Source: a virus (taxonomy: Duplodnaviria > Heunggongvirae > Uroviricota > Caudoviricetes). Taken from it: 64,000 bases of DNA. Below the pieces are notes generated by a model that saw only the letters and a list, made by a program, of their open reading frames with translations, did not search any database and was not told the origin of the DNA. Shown one piece after another: positions 55,255 through 64,000 of the stretch; position 1 is the stretch's first letter; each line of letters starts with the position of its first letter. The stretch lies in the IMG/VR virus record IMGVR_UViG_3300029873_000387. The stretch is one strand, 5' to 3'. Both the position numbers and the translations under genes were made by a program.

Positions 55255-56241
55255 TTAGTCCTGTGCGGTGGTCAGTCCGTGCGGGGTCAGTCCCGCCGCC
55301 GTGGCTTTCGTCTGTATCTGTCCCACGGTCTTTGCAATCGCCCTTTGAGTTACACCCAAATAGGTTGCAATAGCCTTGTACCCCTTGCCTTGCATACGCA
55401 AGCGGAGAATTTGCGCTTGTCTGTCGGTCAGGTTCAGACTTGCCACAAGGGCGGCATAGTCGGCGGCGGTCTGTCGGTCGGTGGTGTAGTTTCCGTTACA
55501 GTCGTACCCGCCTAAATCGGTGTACTTGTTCATGCGGTAATAAATGGTGTCCAGTCCGTCGGCGGTCAAGTCCTCTATGTAGCTGTACCCGTTGCGGGGG
55601 TCGGTCTGAACGGCACGGGAATTTTGAACGGCTTGCCGAACGGCCCTATAGATTTCTTGAATAGGGGTCGTTTCATCGTCCCTATATGCTGCGCTTTCGT
55701 CGGCACGGATATAGACACGGCGGGACAGGCGGCGGACGGTGTAGGGGGTGTCAAGCCACTTTTCGCCGTTGGCGTGGTCGGCGGCTTGTTCCAGAATGGC
55801 AAGGGCGGCGGTCTGTACAAGGTCGATACCGTCGGACAAGGTTTCATCAATCAGTCCCGCAAGGGCGTTGTTTGCGTCCTTGTCTGCAATCACGGTCACT
55901 AAATCGCCGTCGGCGTTGTAGGTGTTGGCGGTTGCGCCGTTGGCTGTGCGGCGGGTGTTGTCCAGCGTGGCAAGGTCGGCGGCAATCCCTCTTTTCAGTG
56001 CAACCATAGCGGGATTAAATCCGGTGTTGCTTGCGGTGTCACGCTGTGCGGCGGTCTTGCGTTGCGGGTCAATACACTTGTTCAAAACAGAGTATGCAAC
56101 GGCGGTTGCAAGGGCGGTCAATTCCTGTGCGGTGTCCTTGCCCTGTGCAAGGGCGGTTTCATAGTTTCGTTTTACGGTTTCAAAGGTGGTTGCAGTGGTG
56201 GTGTTGGCTTTCGCCTGTGCGGTTGTTTTGTTCGTGTTCAT
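55255..56241 (-). CDS. DNA-binding regulator with a sigma-70 region-4 / LuxR-type C-terminal HTH and a low-complexity Thr/Ala/Asn-rich N-terminus
   Basis: C-terminus LTDRQAQILRLRMQGKGYKAIATYLGVTQRAIAKTVGQI. Start set at MNTNKTT (AAAGGGA RBS). The ORF track begins at 56343. GC content is about 60%, above the window average. Confidence 0.5.
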   Translation of the reverse strand: MNTNKTTAQAKANTTTATTFETVKRNYETALAQGKDTAQELTALATAVAYSVLNKCIDPQRKTAAQRDTASNTGFNPAMVALKRGIAADLATLDNTRRTANGATANTYNADGDLVTVIADKDANNALAGLIDETLSDGIDLVQTAALAILEQAADHANGEKWLDTPYTVRRLSRRVYIRADESAAYRDDETTPIQEIYRAVRQAVQNSRAVQTDPRNGYSYIEDLTADGLDTIYYRMNKYTDLGGYDCNGNYTTDRQTAADYAALVASLNLTDRQAQILRLRMQGKGYKAIATYLGVTQRAIAKTVGQIQTKATAAGLTPHGLTTAQD

Positions 56242-56772
56242 CGTGTTTCCCTTTCTGCCGGTGGTGTTTTTGGCTTGCGGTGTGGTGTTGTGGTGTTGGT
56301 TTGTCCCGCTTGCCTTGTCCGGCATGAACAAGTATAGCACCACTTGCCCATAATGTCAACACAATTTTTTTGAATACACCCATAGTCGCAAGGGGTGTAC
56401 CCTGTCGCAAGCGTCCCCGCCGTGTCTGCCGTTCGTTGTGCCGCCGTTGGCGGTGTGGTGTCTACTTGCCTTTTCGGTGCTATGGCAAGTAGGGGGGTGG
56501 TTATGGTCTTTTCAGCCCCCGCCGACAGCGCAAACAGATGTAGTCGGTTCATCTGACCCAAACCATCACTTTTTACTGCAAGTCCCACACGCCTTGATTT
56601 TACTTGCTTTCTCGGCAAAGAATGTCCAGAGGAACATGATTGGTTAAGCCCTTTGCGTGGATGCTTATGAGGAGGATTCAACTTGTCCAAAAGAGAAAAG
56701 GGCTTAACTACGCCGCCTGTTATTTATACTTCTGTTTTTCACTGTTTTCCCTATGTTGTCTACTAATTATAC

Positions 56773-56801
56773 TTACATTCCATAAAGGAATGTGGTATAA
56801 T
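56773..56801 (+). promoter_or_regulatory. Sigma-70 promoter of the recombinase gene, with an embedded palindrome
   Basis: TTACAT, 17 bp, TGgTATAAT (extended -10). The spacer contains the perfect inverted repeat CATTCCataaaGGAATG. Confidence 0.5.
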
Positions 56802-56859
56802 ATCGGTATAATCAAGATAATTAAATAGACTACATCTTGATTGAGAAAGGAGAGCTACG

Positions 56860-57687
56860 ATGGCTAAGATAATCCACATCGACTTCACACAGGAGGCTAA
56901 GCCCTCATCTGTCATCGACATTGCCACCGTCCAGCAGAGCTGCCGTAAGCTCAAGGCTGGCCTCATCGCCCCCGCTGCTGAAGAGGTACATACCGACCTT
57001 GCCGTCGAGCACTCCGCTGAGCCTATCAAGAGCATGGATGATATCATCCGCATCTCTCAGTTCCTGATTGGACAAAAGCGGTTCAGAGATAATATGCTGT
57101 TCATTGTTGGTATTAACTTTGGACTTCGTATCAGTGACCTCCGTATGCTTCGGTTCACTCATATCATCAATGATGATTGCACTTTCCGTGACCGCTTTCC
57201 GGTTCTGGAGAAGAAGACACGGAACACTCGCAAGCGTCAGCGCAACCGCTACATCACCATTAACACAGCAGTTGTGGAAGCCGTGACCCTGTATCTTGAG
57301 AACACGCCCGGTGTTCACCTCAGCGACTATATGTTCCGCAGCCAGTCCAATAATGGGGTGAACGAAAACAAGCCTATCAGCAAACAGGCCGTTGACCTCA
57401 TGCTTAAGGGTATCGCCAAAGACCTTGGTCTTGGTAATCGTATGGCGACCCACACACTGCGTAAGACCTTCGCCTATCATCAGATGGTGATGAGTGGTAA
57501 TGACCCCCGCAAGCTGCTGCTTCTCCAGAAAATATTTGGTCACTCCACCGCTGCTCAGACTCTGGACTACATCGGCATCACCAGCGAAGAGATTGATGAA
57601 GCCTATCGGAACCTCAACCTCGGCAGCGTCAATCACAACTATCTGGTCGATAGTGACATTGGAGAGACTGAGATTTTGATGGCCTAA
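56860..57687 (+). CDS. Tyrosine recombinase/integrase (short Xer-like form)
   Basis: Catalytic residues within ISDLRMLR, HTLRKTF and GHSTAAQTLDYI (R...HxxR...Y). 275 aa. GAAAGGAG RBS. Confidence 0.85.
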   Translation: MAKIIHIDFTQEAKPSSVIDIATVQQSCRKLKAGLIAPAAEEVHTDLAVEHSAEPIKSMDDIIRISQFLIGQKRFRDNMLFIVGINFGLRISDLRMLRFTHIINDDCTFRDRFPVLEKKTRNTRKRQRNRYITINTAVVEAVTLYLENTPGVHLSDYMFRSQSNNGVNENKPISKQAVDLMLKGIAKDLGLGNRMATHTLRKTFAYHQMVMSGNDPRKLLLLQKIFGHSTAAQTLDYIGITSEEIDEAYRNLNLGSVNHNYLVDSDIGETEILMA

Positions 57688-57975
57688 TGACCATCTGCTG
57701 CACCTTGATAATCGCATATCGGATAAACAAGTTAGGACACACCGAGTGTCCTGGCCGTTTCGGAAAGTCCTTGTGCTGCAAGGATTTTCGATTCAAAGGT
57801 TATAAAGAAGGGGGAGTTTGAAAAAAGAGCTATTAAAAAAGCTACTCAAAGCAGGTTACAGGAGCTGCGTTGATAGCGACAGTATAACCAGTCGAGCGGC
57901 CTTTTTGTGTCCTAAAATTTTTTGGATGGTTTGGTTAATCAAAAATACGCAGAAAGGATGTGATGACACCACCAA

Positions 57976-59193
57976 ATGAACCAGATAACTATTGTTGACG
58001 CCCGTATGGGCAGAGGTAAATCGTCGGCAGCTATTCGTTACATGAACCGGCACAAGGACAGCAAGCGGTTTTTGTACATCACCCCATATCTGGACGAGGT
58101 CGGGCGTATCTGCGAACGCTGCGACTTTGACCAGCCGGACAGCGACCACATGAGCAAGTCATCTGAGTTGAAGCTCCACCTTCGTCTTGGACACAATGTC
58201 TCCGCAACGCATTCGCTGTTTTATCTGATGGACGACGAGGCGCTGAAGTTAATTCGAGAGAAGCACTATTCTCTTATCGTAGACGAGAGCATCCAGGTGA
58301 TAGAGAGGTTGAATATCACTGATAAGGATTTCGACCTGATTGTCACACAGCTCGCTGAAGTTTTAGAAGACGGATGCATCCAGTGGAAAGATGAGGAGTA
58401 CACCGGGCGGTTCAGCGATTACAAGGAGATGGCAAACACCCGCTCACTATTCCGGCTGGACAATGCGCTGCTGAACATTCTCAACCCAGAACTACTTCGC
58501 TCATTTGATGAAGTGTTCATGCTGACCTATCTTTTCAATGGGCAGTACCAGAAAGCATACCTGGATTATTTCGGGTTTGACTACAGAGTAGTTGGCGTGG
58601 AGAGCGACGCCAATGGCTATCGATTCTCTGACAGGCCGGACGAACCGCCGCCCCTGGATTACCACGACCTGATACATATTGTGGACAGTCCCAAGCTCAA
58701 TGCTGTTGGGGACAAGACTTATACCCTGTCCAAGTCATGGTACGACAAACGGGGGTATAACAACGCTGAGATTCGCACGCTGCGAAACGGCATGAAGAAG
58801 TTCTTTCAAAGTGTCCCGGGCGGTGGTCATGATACACGACTGTGGACTTGCTACAAGAGCGATGTAAACAAACTGGTGGACAGTAAAACAGGAAGGTTCC
58901 GAAAGAACTTTTTACAGACCAGTGCCAGAGCGACCAATGAGTACAAAGACCGTACCGATGTGGCATACATGGTCAACCGGTTTGCAGACCCCAACATCAT
59001 GAAATTCTTCCATGCCCAGAATATTACTATTGATGCGGATGCCTTCGCACTGTCAGAGATGCTGCAGTGGATATGGAGAAGCGCCATTCGTGATGACCGC
59101 CCCATTAACCTATACATACCGAGTAAGCGCATGAGAGAGCTGCTCATAAATTGGATAGACACAACGAACGGAGGAAAGACGATTGCAGAATAG
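57976..59193 (+). CDS. P-loop NTPase (possible replication or packaging ATPase)
   Basis: Walker A ARMGRGKSSAAI and Walker B SLIVDESIQV. 405 aa. Confidence 0.5.
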   Translation: MNQITIVDARMGRGKSSAAIRYMNRHKDSKRFLYITPYLDEVGRICERCDFDQPDSDHMSKSSELKLHLRLGHNVSATHSLFYLMDDEALKLIREKHYSLIVDESIQVIERLNITDKDFDLIVTQLAEVLEDGCIQWKDEEYTGRFSDYKEMANTRSLFRLDNALLNILNPELLRSFDEVFMLTYLFNGQYQKAYLDYFGFDYRVVGVESDANGYRFSDRPDEPPPLDYHDLIHIVDSPKLNAVGDKTYTLSKSWYDKRGYNNAEIRTLRNGMKKFFQSVPGGGHDTRLWTCYKSDVNKLVDSKTGRFRKNFLQTSARATNEYKDRTDVAYMVNRFADPNIMKFFHAQNITIDADAFALSEMLQWIWRSAIRDDRPINLYIPSKRMRELLINWIDTTNGGKTIAE

Positions 59194-59355
59194 TTACCCT
59201 TATACATATGAAGATTCCGATGAGCTGTGGCTCAAGCAGGAGGAGATTCTTGAGAACCCGTTTGAAAACGAAGCGGAGCTGGAACGATACATAGAGCGTG
59301 AGCGGATGCGTTTTTACCGAGAATGGTTCCAATATACAGCCGAAGACTACGAGTA
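59183..59355 (+). CDS. Small hypothetical acidic protein
   Basis: TTG start with a GGAGG RBS. 57 aa (...DSDELWLKQEEILENPFENEAELERYIERE...). Below the ORF-track size cut-off. Confidence 0.25.
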
Positions 59356-59557
59356 AGGATTTTATTTTTCCCTTATCATAGCAATTAAATATAATACAAC
59401 TGTGAGGTGAGCAAGTCTGGCAAAACAGTTAGTATGTCAGAAGTATATCTTCAAACTGCATAGCAGCAGACTGCGAAAGGCTAAGTGGAAGCTGACGCTA
59501 CCCATAGCGGAGGCGCGACGAAACGATGAGGTCATTTCGCTTGCAGACAGCCAGGTA

Positions 59558-62161
59558 TTGCGCTGGCTGGATGAGCTGAACGGGATTACAGATGCTGAGG
59601 TCAGAGCGAAGGAAATCAAGATGGAAATTCGGCGTCTGCGCAAAGAGCAGAACAGTGTGCAGAATCGCCGCCGCATCAAGCAGCTTTATGCGCAACTGGA
59701 CACCATCCAGTTCAAGCCGGATTATCTGTGCGTAATCATCGACAAGGAAAAAGATTATCACCGTGCCTGCCGTGGATTCAGCATTAACGGCATCAAGTAT
59801 CAGCGGCTCTTGGGGACGAACGGCGGCGTCAAGAATGAGACGATTGTCTTTGTCAGCGAACGGCACGCAGATGAAATCCGTAGGCGTATCAACAACGGTC
59901 GCAATATGGAAAAGGCGATGGTGCCTGCCAAGCTGGAAGCTTATAACGCATTGACTTGCAGCGCATCCATCCCTGTGTCTATGCCGCACGGTATTCTGGT
60001 GGTAAGCGACTGTGAGACGGAGTTCCTGTCCGATATCATTTACCTGAACGATGAGGGCGACGGCGAACCTGTGATGGAGGAGCGTAAGCAAACAACGGTG
60101 CAGCTTAAGGAGTCAGACGGATATGGCCTGATGCTTCCATCTCTGGCAAGGCGTTGGTCAGAGGAGCTTGAACTTGACTATCTTGTCAGCGGAGTGAACA
60201 CCAGATTCTCATGGGAGAAGGGTATGGTATTTACCTTTGACTTTTTGGACTTCGCCGAGAATATCGCAGGGACTTACATTGTCAAGGACGCATGGGGTAA
60301 CGATGTGGATGTGCGGAATGTGGAACTGATACTGACAACATCCATGCTGAAGTTGTGGGACGCCTATGACAGCTGCGATGACTATGTGCAGAATTGTCTC
60401 CGCAACGGTTATACCTTCGGCGTGGCGAAGACCTGCCCCAGAGAGCTGGAAAGCGAGAGAACACTGAACTATCAGTTCATCCAGAGCTATGAGCTGGATG
60501 ACGCAGATATGGAGCAGCTCATCAAGCCAACAATGGATGAGATAAAGGATGTGCTGTATGCCGATTGGGCAAAAACCGTTCTGTTTCTCAAAGGCGCAGG
60601 GCTGAACGAAGAGAATGTCGGCTGCATGGAAAACGACTTTATAAAGGCGCTGATGATTGAGCCCCACATTCTTAACGACCCCTATGTTCAGAGTAGCGTT
60701 TACCAGATGATAAAGAACCGCATTAACGAGGCCAAGGTGGGTGTGCTGAAGGTACACGGAAATTATTCCATTGTGTCCGGCGACCCCTACTCCCTCTGTC
60801 AGCACATCTTTGCCATGCCGGTGACGGGGCTGTTAAAGGCCGGTGAAATCTATAACCAGTACTGGTGCCGACAGGGCGCGCAGAAGCTTGCCTGCTATCG
60901 AGCACCAATGACCTGCCACAATAATATTCGATTGGTGTATCCGAACCACAGCGAGGTGGCGGCTTACTGGTATCAGTATATGACGACCTGCACTATCTTC
61001 AATTCGTGGGACACTGCTGCCCATGCCCTGAATGGCATGGACAAAGATGGCGACCTTGTGATGCTGACCGATAACGATGTTCTCGTCCGCAACCTGAGAG
61101 AACTTCCTGCGCTGATGTGTGTGCAGCGTAATGCCAAAAAGAAAATCGTCACCGAGGCAGACTTCATTCAAGCAAACATCGACAGCTTTGGCGATGACAT
61201 CGGGAAGACAACAAACTGGATTACCTCCATGTTTGATGTGCGGGCGCAATTCAAAAAAGGCAGCGAAGAATACGAGGCGCTTGATTATCGTATCAAGTGT
61301 GGACAGTTATTCCAGCAGAATGCTATCGACAAGGCCAAAGGTATTATTGCCAAGCCCATGCCGAGAGAATGGCACGACCGCCACAGCGTCAACACCATTG
61401 AAGACCCCGCCAAGCGCCGCTTTTATCAGAAAATCGTAGCGGATAAGAAGCCGTATTTCATGCGTATTATCTATCCTGCGCTGATGAAGCAATACAATAC
61501 ATACATAAAAAACACCAATAAGAATGCCATGCGTGAATTCCAGATGACGGTAGATGAATTGCTGGAGCTGCCGCCTAACGAACTGAACGACCGGCAAAAG
61601 GACTTTCTCCGCTACTATGAGTCCCGGATGCCCGTGGGTAATCACGACTGTGTGATGAACCGGATATGCCGCCGTTTCGAGCAAGAGTTTGACGGGTATC
61701 TCGGACGGCACAGTGCAGAGACGGAGTTTGACTACACCGTTATGAAAAGCGGCGCCGCTTATACCCGTTCACAGTACAACGCAATTCTGAAGCTGTATGA
61801 GAATTATAACCACCGGCTGCGCAGCTATGCTGTGTTTGCGAACTACGAACGGGTAGACGAGTATGACACCTTCTCAAAGATGATGGAAATGCGCACTGAG
61901 TTTGAGCAGGAGTGCAGCAAGATTTGCTCCAATCGGTTTGCCCTGTGCGACATCGTATTGGACATTTGCTACCGGAAGAGCTCGACCAAACGGTTTGCAT
62001 GGGAGATGTGCGGAAATGAAATCATCTGCAATCTGCTGAACAAGCACGAAGGATTGATTTCTTATCCGACTATCGACCCCGCCGGAGAAATCGTGTTCTG
62101 CGAGAATCGCTTTACCCTGAGACAAAAAAGACTGGAGGAATTCAATGAGCATTGTTCTTAA
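59558..62161 (+). CDS. Large protein with a DxDGD motif; candidate YonO/QDE-1-like two-barrel single-subunit RNA polymerase
   Basis: About 860 aa. LNGMDKDGDLVMLTDND matches the universal DxDGD catalytic motif of two-barrel RNA polymerases. The size is close to B. subtilis SPbeta YonO (839 aa). The start may be ATG 59621 (AAGGAA RBS) rather than TTG 59558. Confidence 0.45.
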   Translation: MRWLDELNGITDAEVRAKEIKMEIRRLRKEQNSVQNRRRIKQLYAQLDTIQFKPDYLCVIIDKEKDYHRACRGFSINGIKYQRLLGTNGGVKNETIVFVSERHADEIRRRINNGRNMEKAMVPAKLEAYNALTCSASIPVSMPHGILVVSDCETEFLSDIIYLNDEGDGEPVMEERKQTTVQLKESDGYGLMLPSLARRWSEELELDYLVSGVNTRFSWEKGMVFTFDFLDFAENIAGTYIVKDAWGNDVDVRNVELILTTSMLKLWDAYDSCDDYVQNCLRNGYTFGVAKTCPRELESERTLNYQFIQSYELDDADMEQLIKPTMDEIKDVLYADWAKTVLFLKGAGLNEENVGCMENDFIKALMIEPHILNDPYVQSSVYQMIKNRINEAKVGVLKVHGNYSIVSGDPYSLCQHIFAMPVTGLLKAGEIYNQYWCRQGAQKLACYRAPMTCHNNIRLVYPNHSEVAAYWYQYMTTCTIFNSWDTAAHALNGMDKDGDLVMLTDNDVLVRNLRELPALMCVQRNAKKKIVTEADFIQANIDSFGDDIGKTTNWITSMFDVRAQFKKGSEEYEALDYRIKCGQLFQQNAIDKAKGIIAKPMPREWHDRHSVNTIEDPAKRRFYQKIVADKKPYFMRIIYPALMKQYNTYIKNTNKNAMREFQMTVDELLELPPNELNDRQKDFLRYYESRMPVGNHDCVMNRICRRFEQEFDGYLGRHSAETEFDYTVMKSGAAYTRSQYNAILKLYENYNHRLRSYAVFANYERVDEYDTFSKMMEMRTEFEQECSKICSNRFALCDIVLDICYRKSSTKRFAWEMCGNEIICNLLNKHEGLISYPTIDPAGEIVFCENRFTLRQKRLEEFNEHCS

Positions 62162-62912
62162 CGAATATGACTGGGCGGAGAGAATGTTGAACAACCACGA
62201 GCTTGGGCAGAAACCCGTGGAGACGCTTAACCGCATTTCAAGATACTACTATGCGAACCAATACAGCAAAAAAGAGATTCGGCGGCTACTCGACTCCTTT
62301 ATGCTGCAGTGCGACCCATCCGTCTCGCTTGTCCAGTGGTCGGATATTCTGGACAAGCTGACAAAGAATGTCGCTAAGTTCCCATTGATTCGGTTGGACG
62401 GGGTTGACATCACCGATAACGAACTGCGAAAGATTGAGTCGCTTGAAGGAAAGCAGCTTCGGCGGTTGGCGTTCACGCTGTTGTGTGTTGCCAAGTACTG
62501 GGATGCCGCATCCGACAAGAACAATCACTGGGTCAACAGTTCCGATAAGGAAGTCATGCAGATGGCAAACATCAACACCTCTATCAAACGGCAGAGCCTT
62601 ATGTTCGCAGAACTGCGCAGTGCCGGATTTATTCGATTTTCCAAAAAGATTGACAACCTGAATGTGCAGGTGTGTTTTATGGAGAACGGTAAAACAGCGA
62701 TACATATTCAGGACTTCCGCAACCTTGGCTATCAGTACATGAAGCATTATGGCGGACAATACTTTGAGTGCGAGAACTGTGGTCTGACGGTAAAGGTGCA
62801 GGAGCCCGCCAAAGGTCGTCCGCAGAAGTATTGCCCCAACTGCGCTGTGGAGCTTCACACAAGACAGATTGTAAATTCAGTAATGCGCCGAAGACAGGCT
62901 TTGAAAAATTGA
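62145..62912 (+). CDS. Hypothetical protein with a C-terminal zinc ribbon
   Basis: 255 aa. CENCG...CPNC near the C-terminus. Translationally coupled to the large upstream gene. Confidence 0.5.
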   Translation: MSIVLNEYDWAERMLNNHELGQKPVETLNRISRYYYANQYSKKEIRRLLDSFMLQCDPSVSLVQWSDILDKLTKNVAKFPLIRLDGVDITDNELRKIESLEGKQLRRLAFTLLCVAKYWDAASDKNNHWVNSSDKEVMQMANINTSIKRQSLMFAELRSAGFIRFSKKIDNLNVQVCFMENGKTAIHIQDFRNLGYQYMKHYGGQYFECENCGLTVKVQEPAKGRPQKYCPNCAVELHTRQIVNSVMRRRQALKN

Positions 62913-63043
62913 ATCTGTTTACAAAAAGTGCCCCCGTCAAACCGTTGTGCCACAAGGTAAAAGGGCGTGTTTGATGGGGTGTTGTAATGAATGATAAAAG
63001 CAAATCTATAAAATAAAAATTTGAAGCAAAGGATGATAGTTCA

Positions 63044-63232
63044 GTGATTGCAATTACTTTATCAGAAAAAGAGGCCATTCGTGAGAGGTTCCCCCGTGTT
63101 CACATTGTGCGCACAATGAAGAGCGACTCAAAACGGCATCATTATTATATGGTTGAGGAGGGCGCCCCCATGAGACTGTTGCGCAGCCTGCGTGGGCAGG
63201 AGCGCCCTCGTGACAAACGAAAGGGAGTGTAA
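63044..63232 (+). CDS. Small basic hypothetical protein
   Basis: 62-aa ORF. Confidence 0.3.
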   Translation: MIAITLSEKEAIRERFPRVHIVRTMKSDSKRHHYYMVEEGAPMRLLRSLRGQERPRDKRKGV

Positions 63233-63265
63233 GCCATAGGCACCAATACAGCAAGCTATAAAGAA

Positions 63266-64000
63266 ATGCGCAACATCGTTATGGGAAAGCTGGTTGACCA
63301 CACCATAGACGATGAGTACGAGGATTTGAGCGAGCGTCTGTTTGGTGAGGGCAACTGCTTCAACTCCAGTGAAGTCCGGAAGAGGATGTACGGGATGCGT
63401 ACCATCATCGAAGCTATTGAGCGTGACGGTGAGGACGCCGTATGCGATGAAGAGCAGCTGTCTGCACTGGAGACCAGACGCATTGAGCTGCTCAAGGAAC
63501 GACAGAAGTTCTTTGACCAGAGAAATGCATTCAACAAACTAATTCGTGAGCGTTCCCGACAGGAGGAACTTAACGAGATTCTTGTGGAGGCAGTCAGGAA
63601 CGGAAACTTACCTCGCCTTGCCTATGAGCCGTGCCACATCGAGTCGTCCGACAATGACCTGTTGGTCAGTCTCAACGACATCCATTACGGTGCGGATGTG
63701 GACAACCATTGGAATACATACAACTCAAATGTGTGCAGAGAGATGATGTGCCGATATCTGGACAGGGTCGTTGCTATCGGCGAGACTCATGGCAGTGAGA
63801 ATTGCATTGTCTGGTCAAACGGTGACGCAATCAGCGGCAATATTCACCAGTCTATTGCTGTCACCAACAAGGAGAATGTGATTGAGCAAATCAAGGGCGT
63901 TTCGGAATTGATTGCAGAGTTCCTTGCTGAACTGAGCAAACACTTCAAATCTGTGGTGTTTGTCAGCGTGGCAGGCAATCACAGCCGCATTACGCCTAAT
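63266..64000 (+). CDS. Partial CDS (3' end beyond window): metallophosphoesterase (Mre11/SbcD- or phosphatase-like)
   Basis: Open frame from ATG 63266 to the window end. Motifs DIHYGADVD, GDAISG and VAGNHS. Not in the ORF track because it has no stop. Confidence 0.55.
   Translation, partial: MRNIVMGKLVDHTIDDEYEDLSERLFGEGNCFNSSEVRKRMYGMRTIIEAIERDGEDAVCDEEQLSALETRRIELLKERQKFFDQRNAFNKLIRERSRQEELNEILVEAVRNGNLPRLAYEPCHIESSDNDLLVSLNDIHYGADVDNHWNTYNSNVCREMMCRYLDRVVAIGETHGSENCIVWSNGDAISGNIHQSIAVTNKENVIEQIKGVSELIAEFLAELSKHFKSVVFVSVAGNHSRITPN

Noticed and set aside
54929-55515. ORFs 54929..55129, 55021..55515 and 55080..55373, which encode repeated GVLPYTLNRKGCTLCAAGSVG peptides
   Set aside because: They run through the 59-bp tandem repeats. 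The period is not a multiple of 3, so the frames drift, and the products are Arg/Cys/Gly-rich junk. These are noncoding repeats.
56860-57687. A prophage attachment site adjacent to the integrase
   Set aside because: No tRNA or direct-repeat core was found next to the recombinase gene. The only tRNA-like fragment is about 19 kb away (37271..37321), so no att site is called.
1-64000. Alternative genetic code or stop-codon reassignment (given the odd tRNAs)
   Set aside because: Long uninterrupted ORFs with recognisable conserved motifs are read correctly in the standard code throughout the window, so there is no need for recoding here.

Overview
The whole window reads as a large temperate phage or prophage with Firmicutes/Clostridia-like proteins and an SPbeta-like architecture. 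Almost every gene from 1 to about 54.4 kb is on the minus strand. In coordinate order: a ThyX-like gene; a DNA replication module (DnaE-type Pol III alpha, TOPRIM primase, DnaB helicase, Cas4/RecB-like nuclease, SSB, ERF-type annealing protein, HD hydrolase); a MazF/EndoA-type toxin with its own promoter; a lysogeny switch with a plus-strand CI-like repressor (HTH + S24 peptidase); and a long accessory block rich in RNA repair and modification functions (CCA-adding enzyme, a second nucleotidyltransferase, IscS-like cysteine desulfurase, Thg1-like protein, Rnl-type and RtcB RNA ligases, an ATP-dependent DNA ligase, three metallophosphoesterases, two Fe-S/radical-SAM-like proteins, an SPFH membrane pair and a secreted glucosaminidase). 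Next comes a standalone reverse transcriptase flanked by a triplicated conserved noncoding element. Then an E1-like/JAB/Ubl-like module, an array of at least nine tRNA genes plus one tRNA-like fragment, and HU, lipoprotein and small membrane genes. A GC-rich island at 54.9-56.7 kb has three tandem 59-bp repeats and a sigma-70-region-4-like regulator. A plus-strand block from 56.8 kb to the end holds a tyrosine recombinase, a P-loop NTPase, an ~860-aa protein with a DxDGD motif suggesting a YonO/QDE-1-type single-subunit RNA polymerase, and a partial metallophosphoesterase. No CRISPR array, no rRNA and no sign of stop-codon recoding. All calls rest on motif recognition by eye; no database search was possible.
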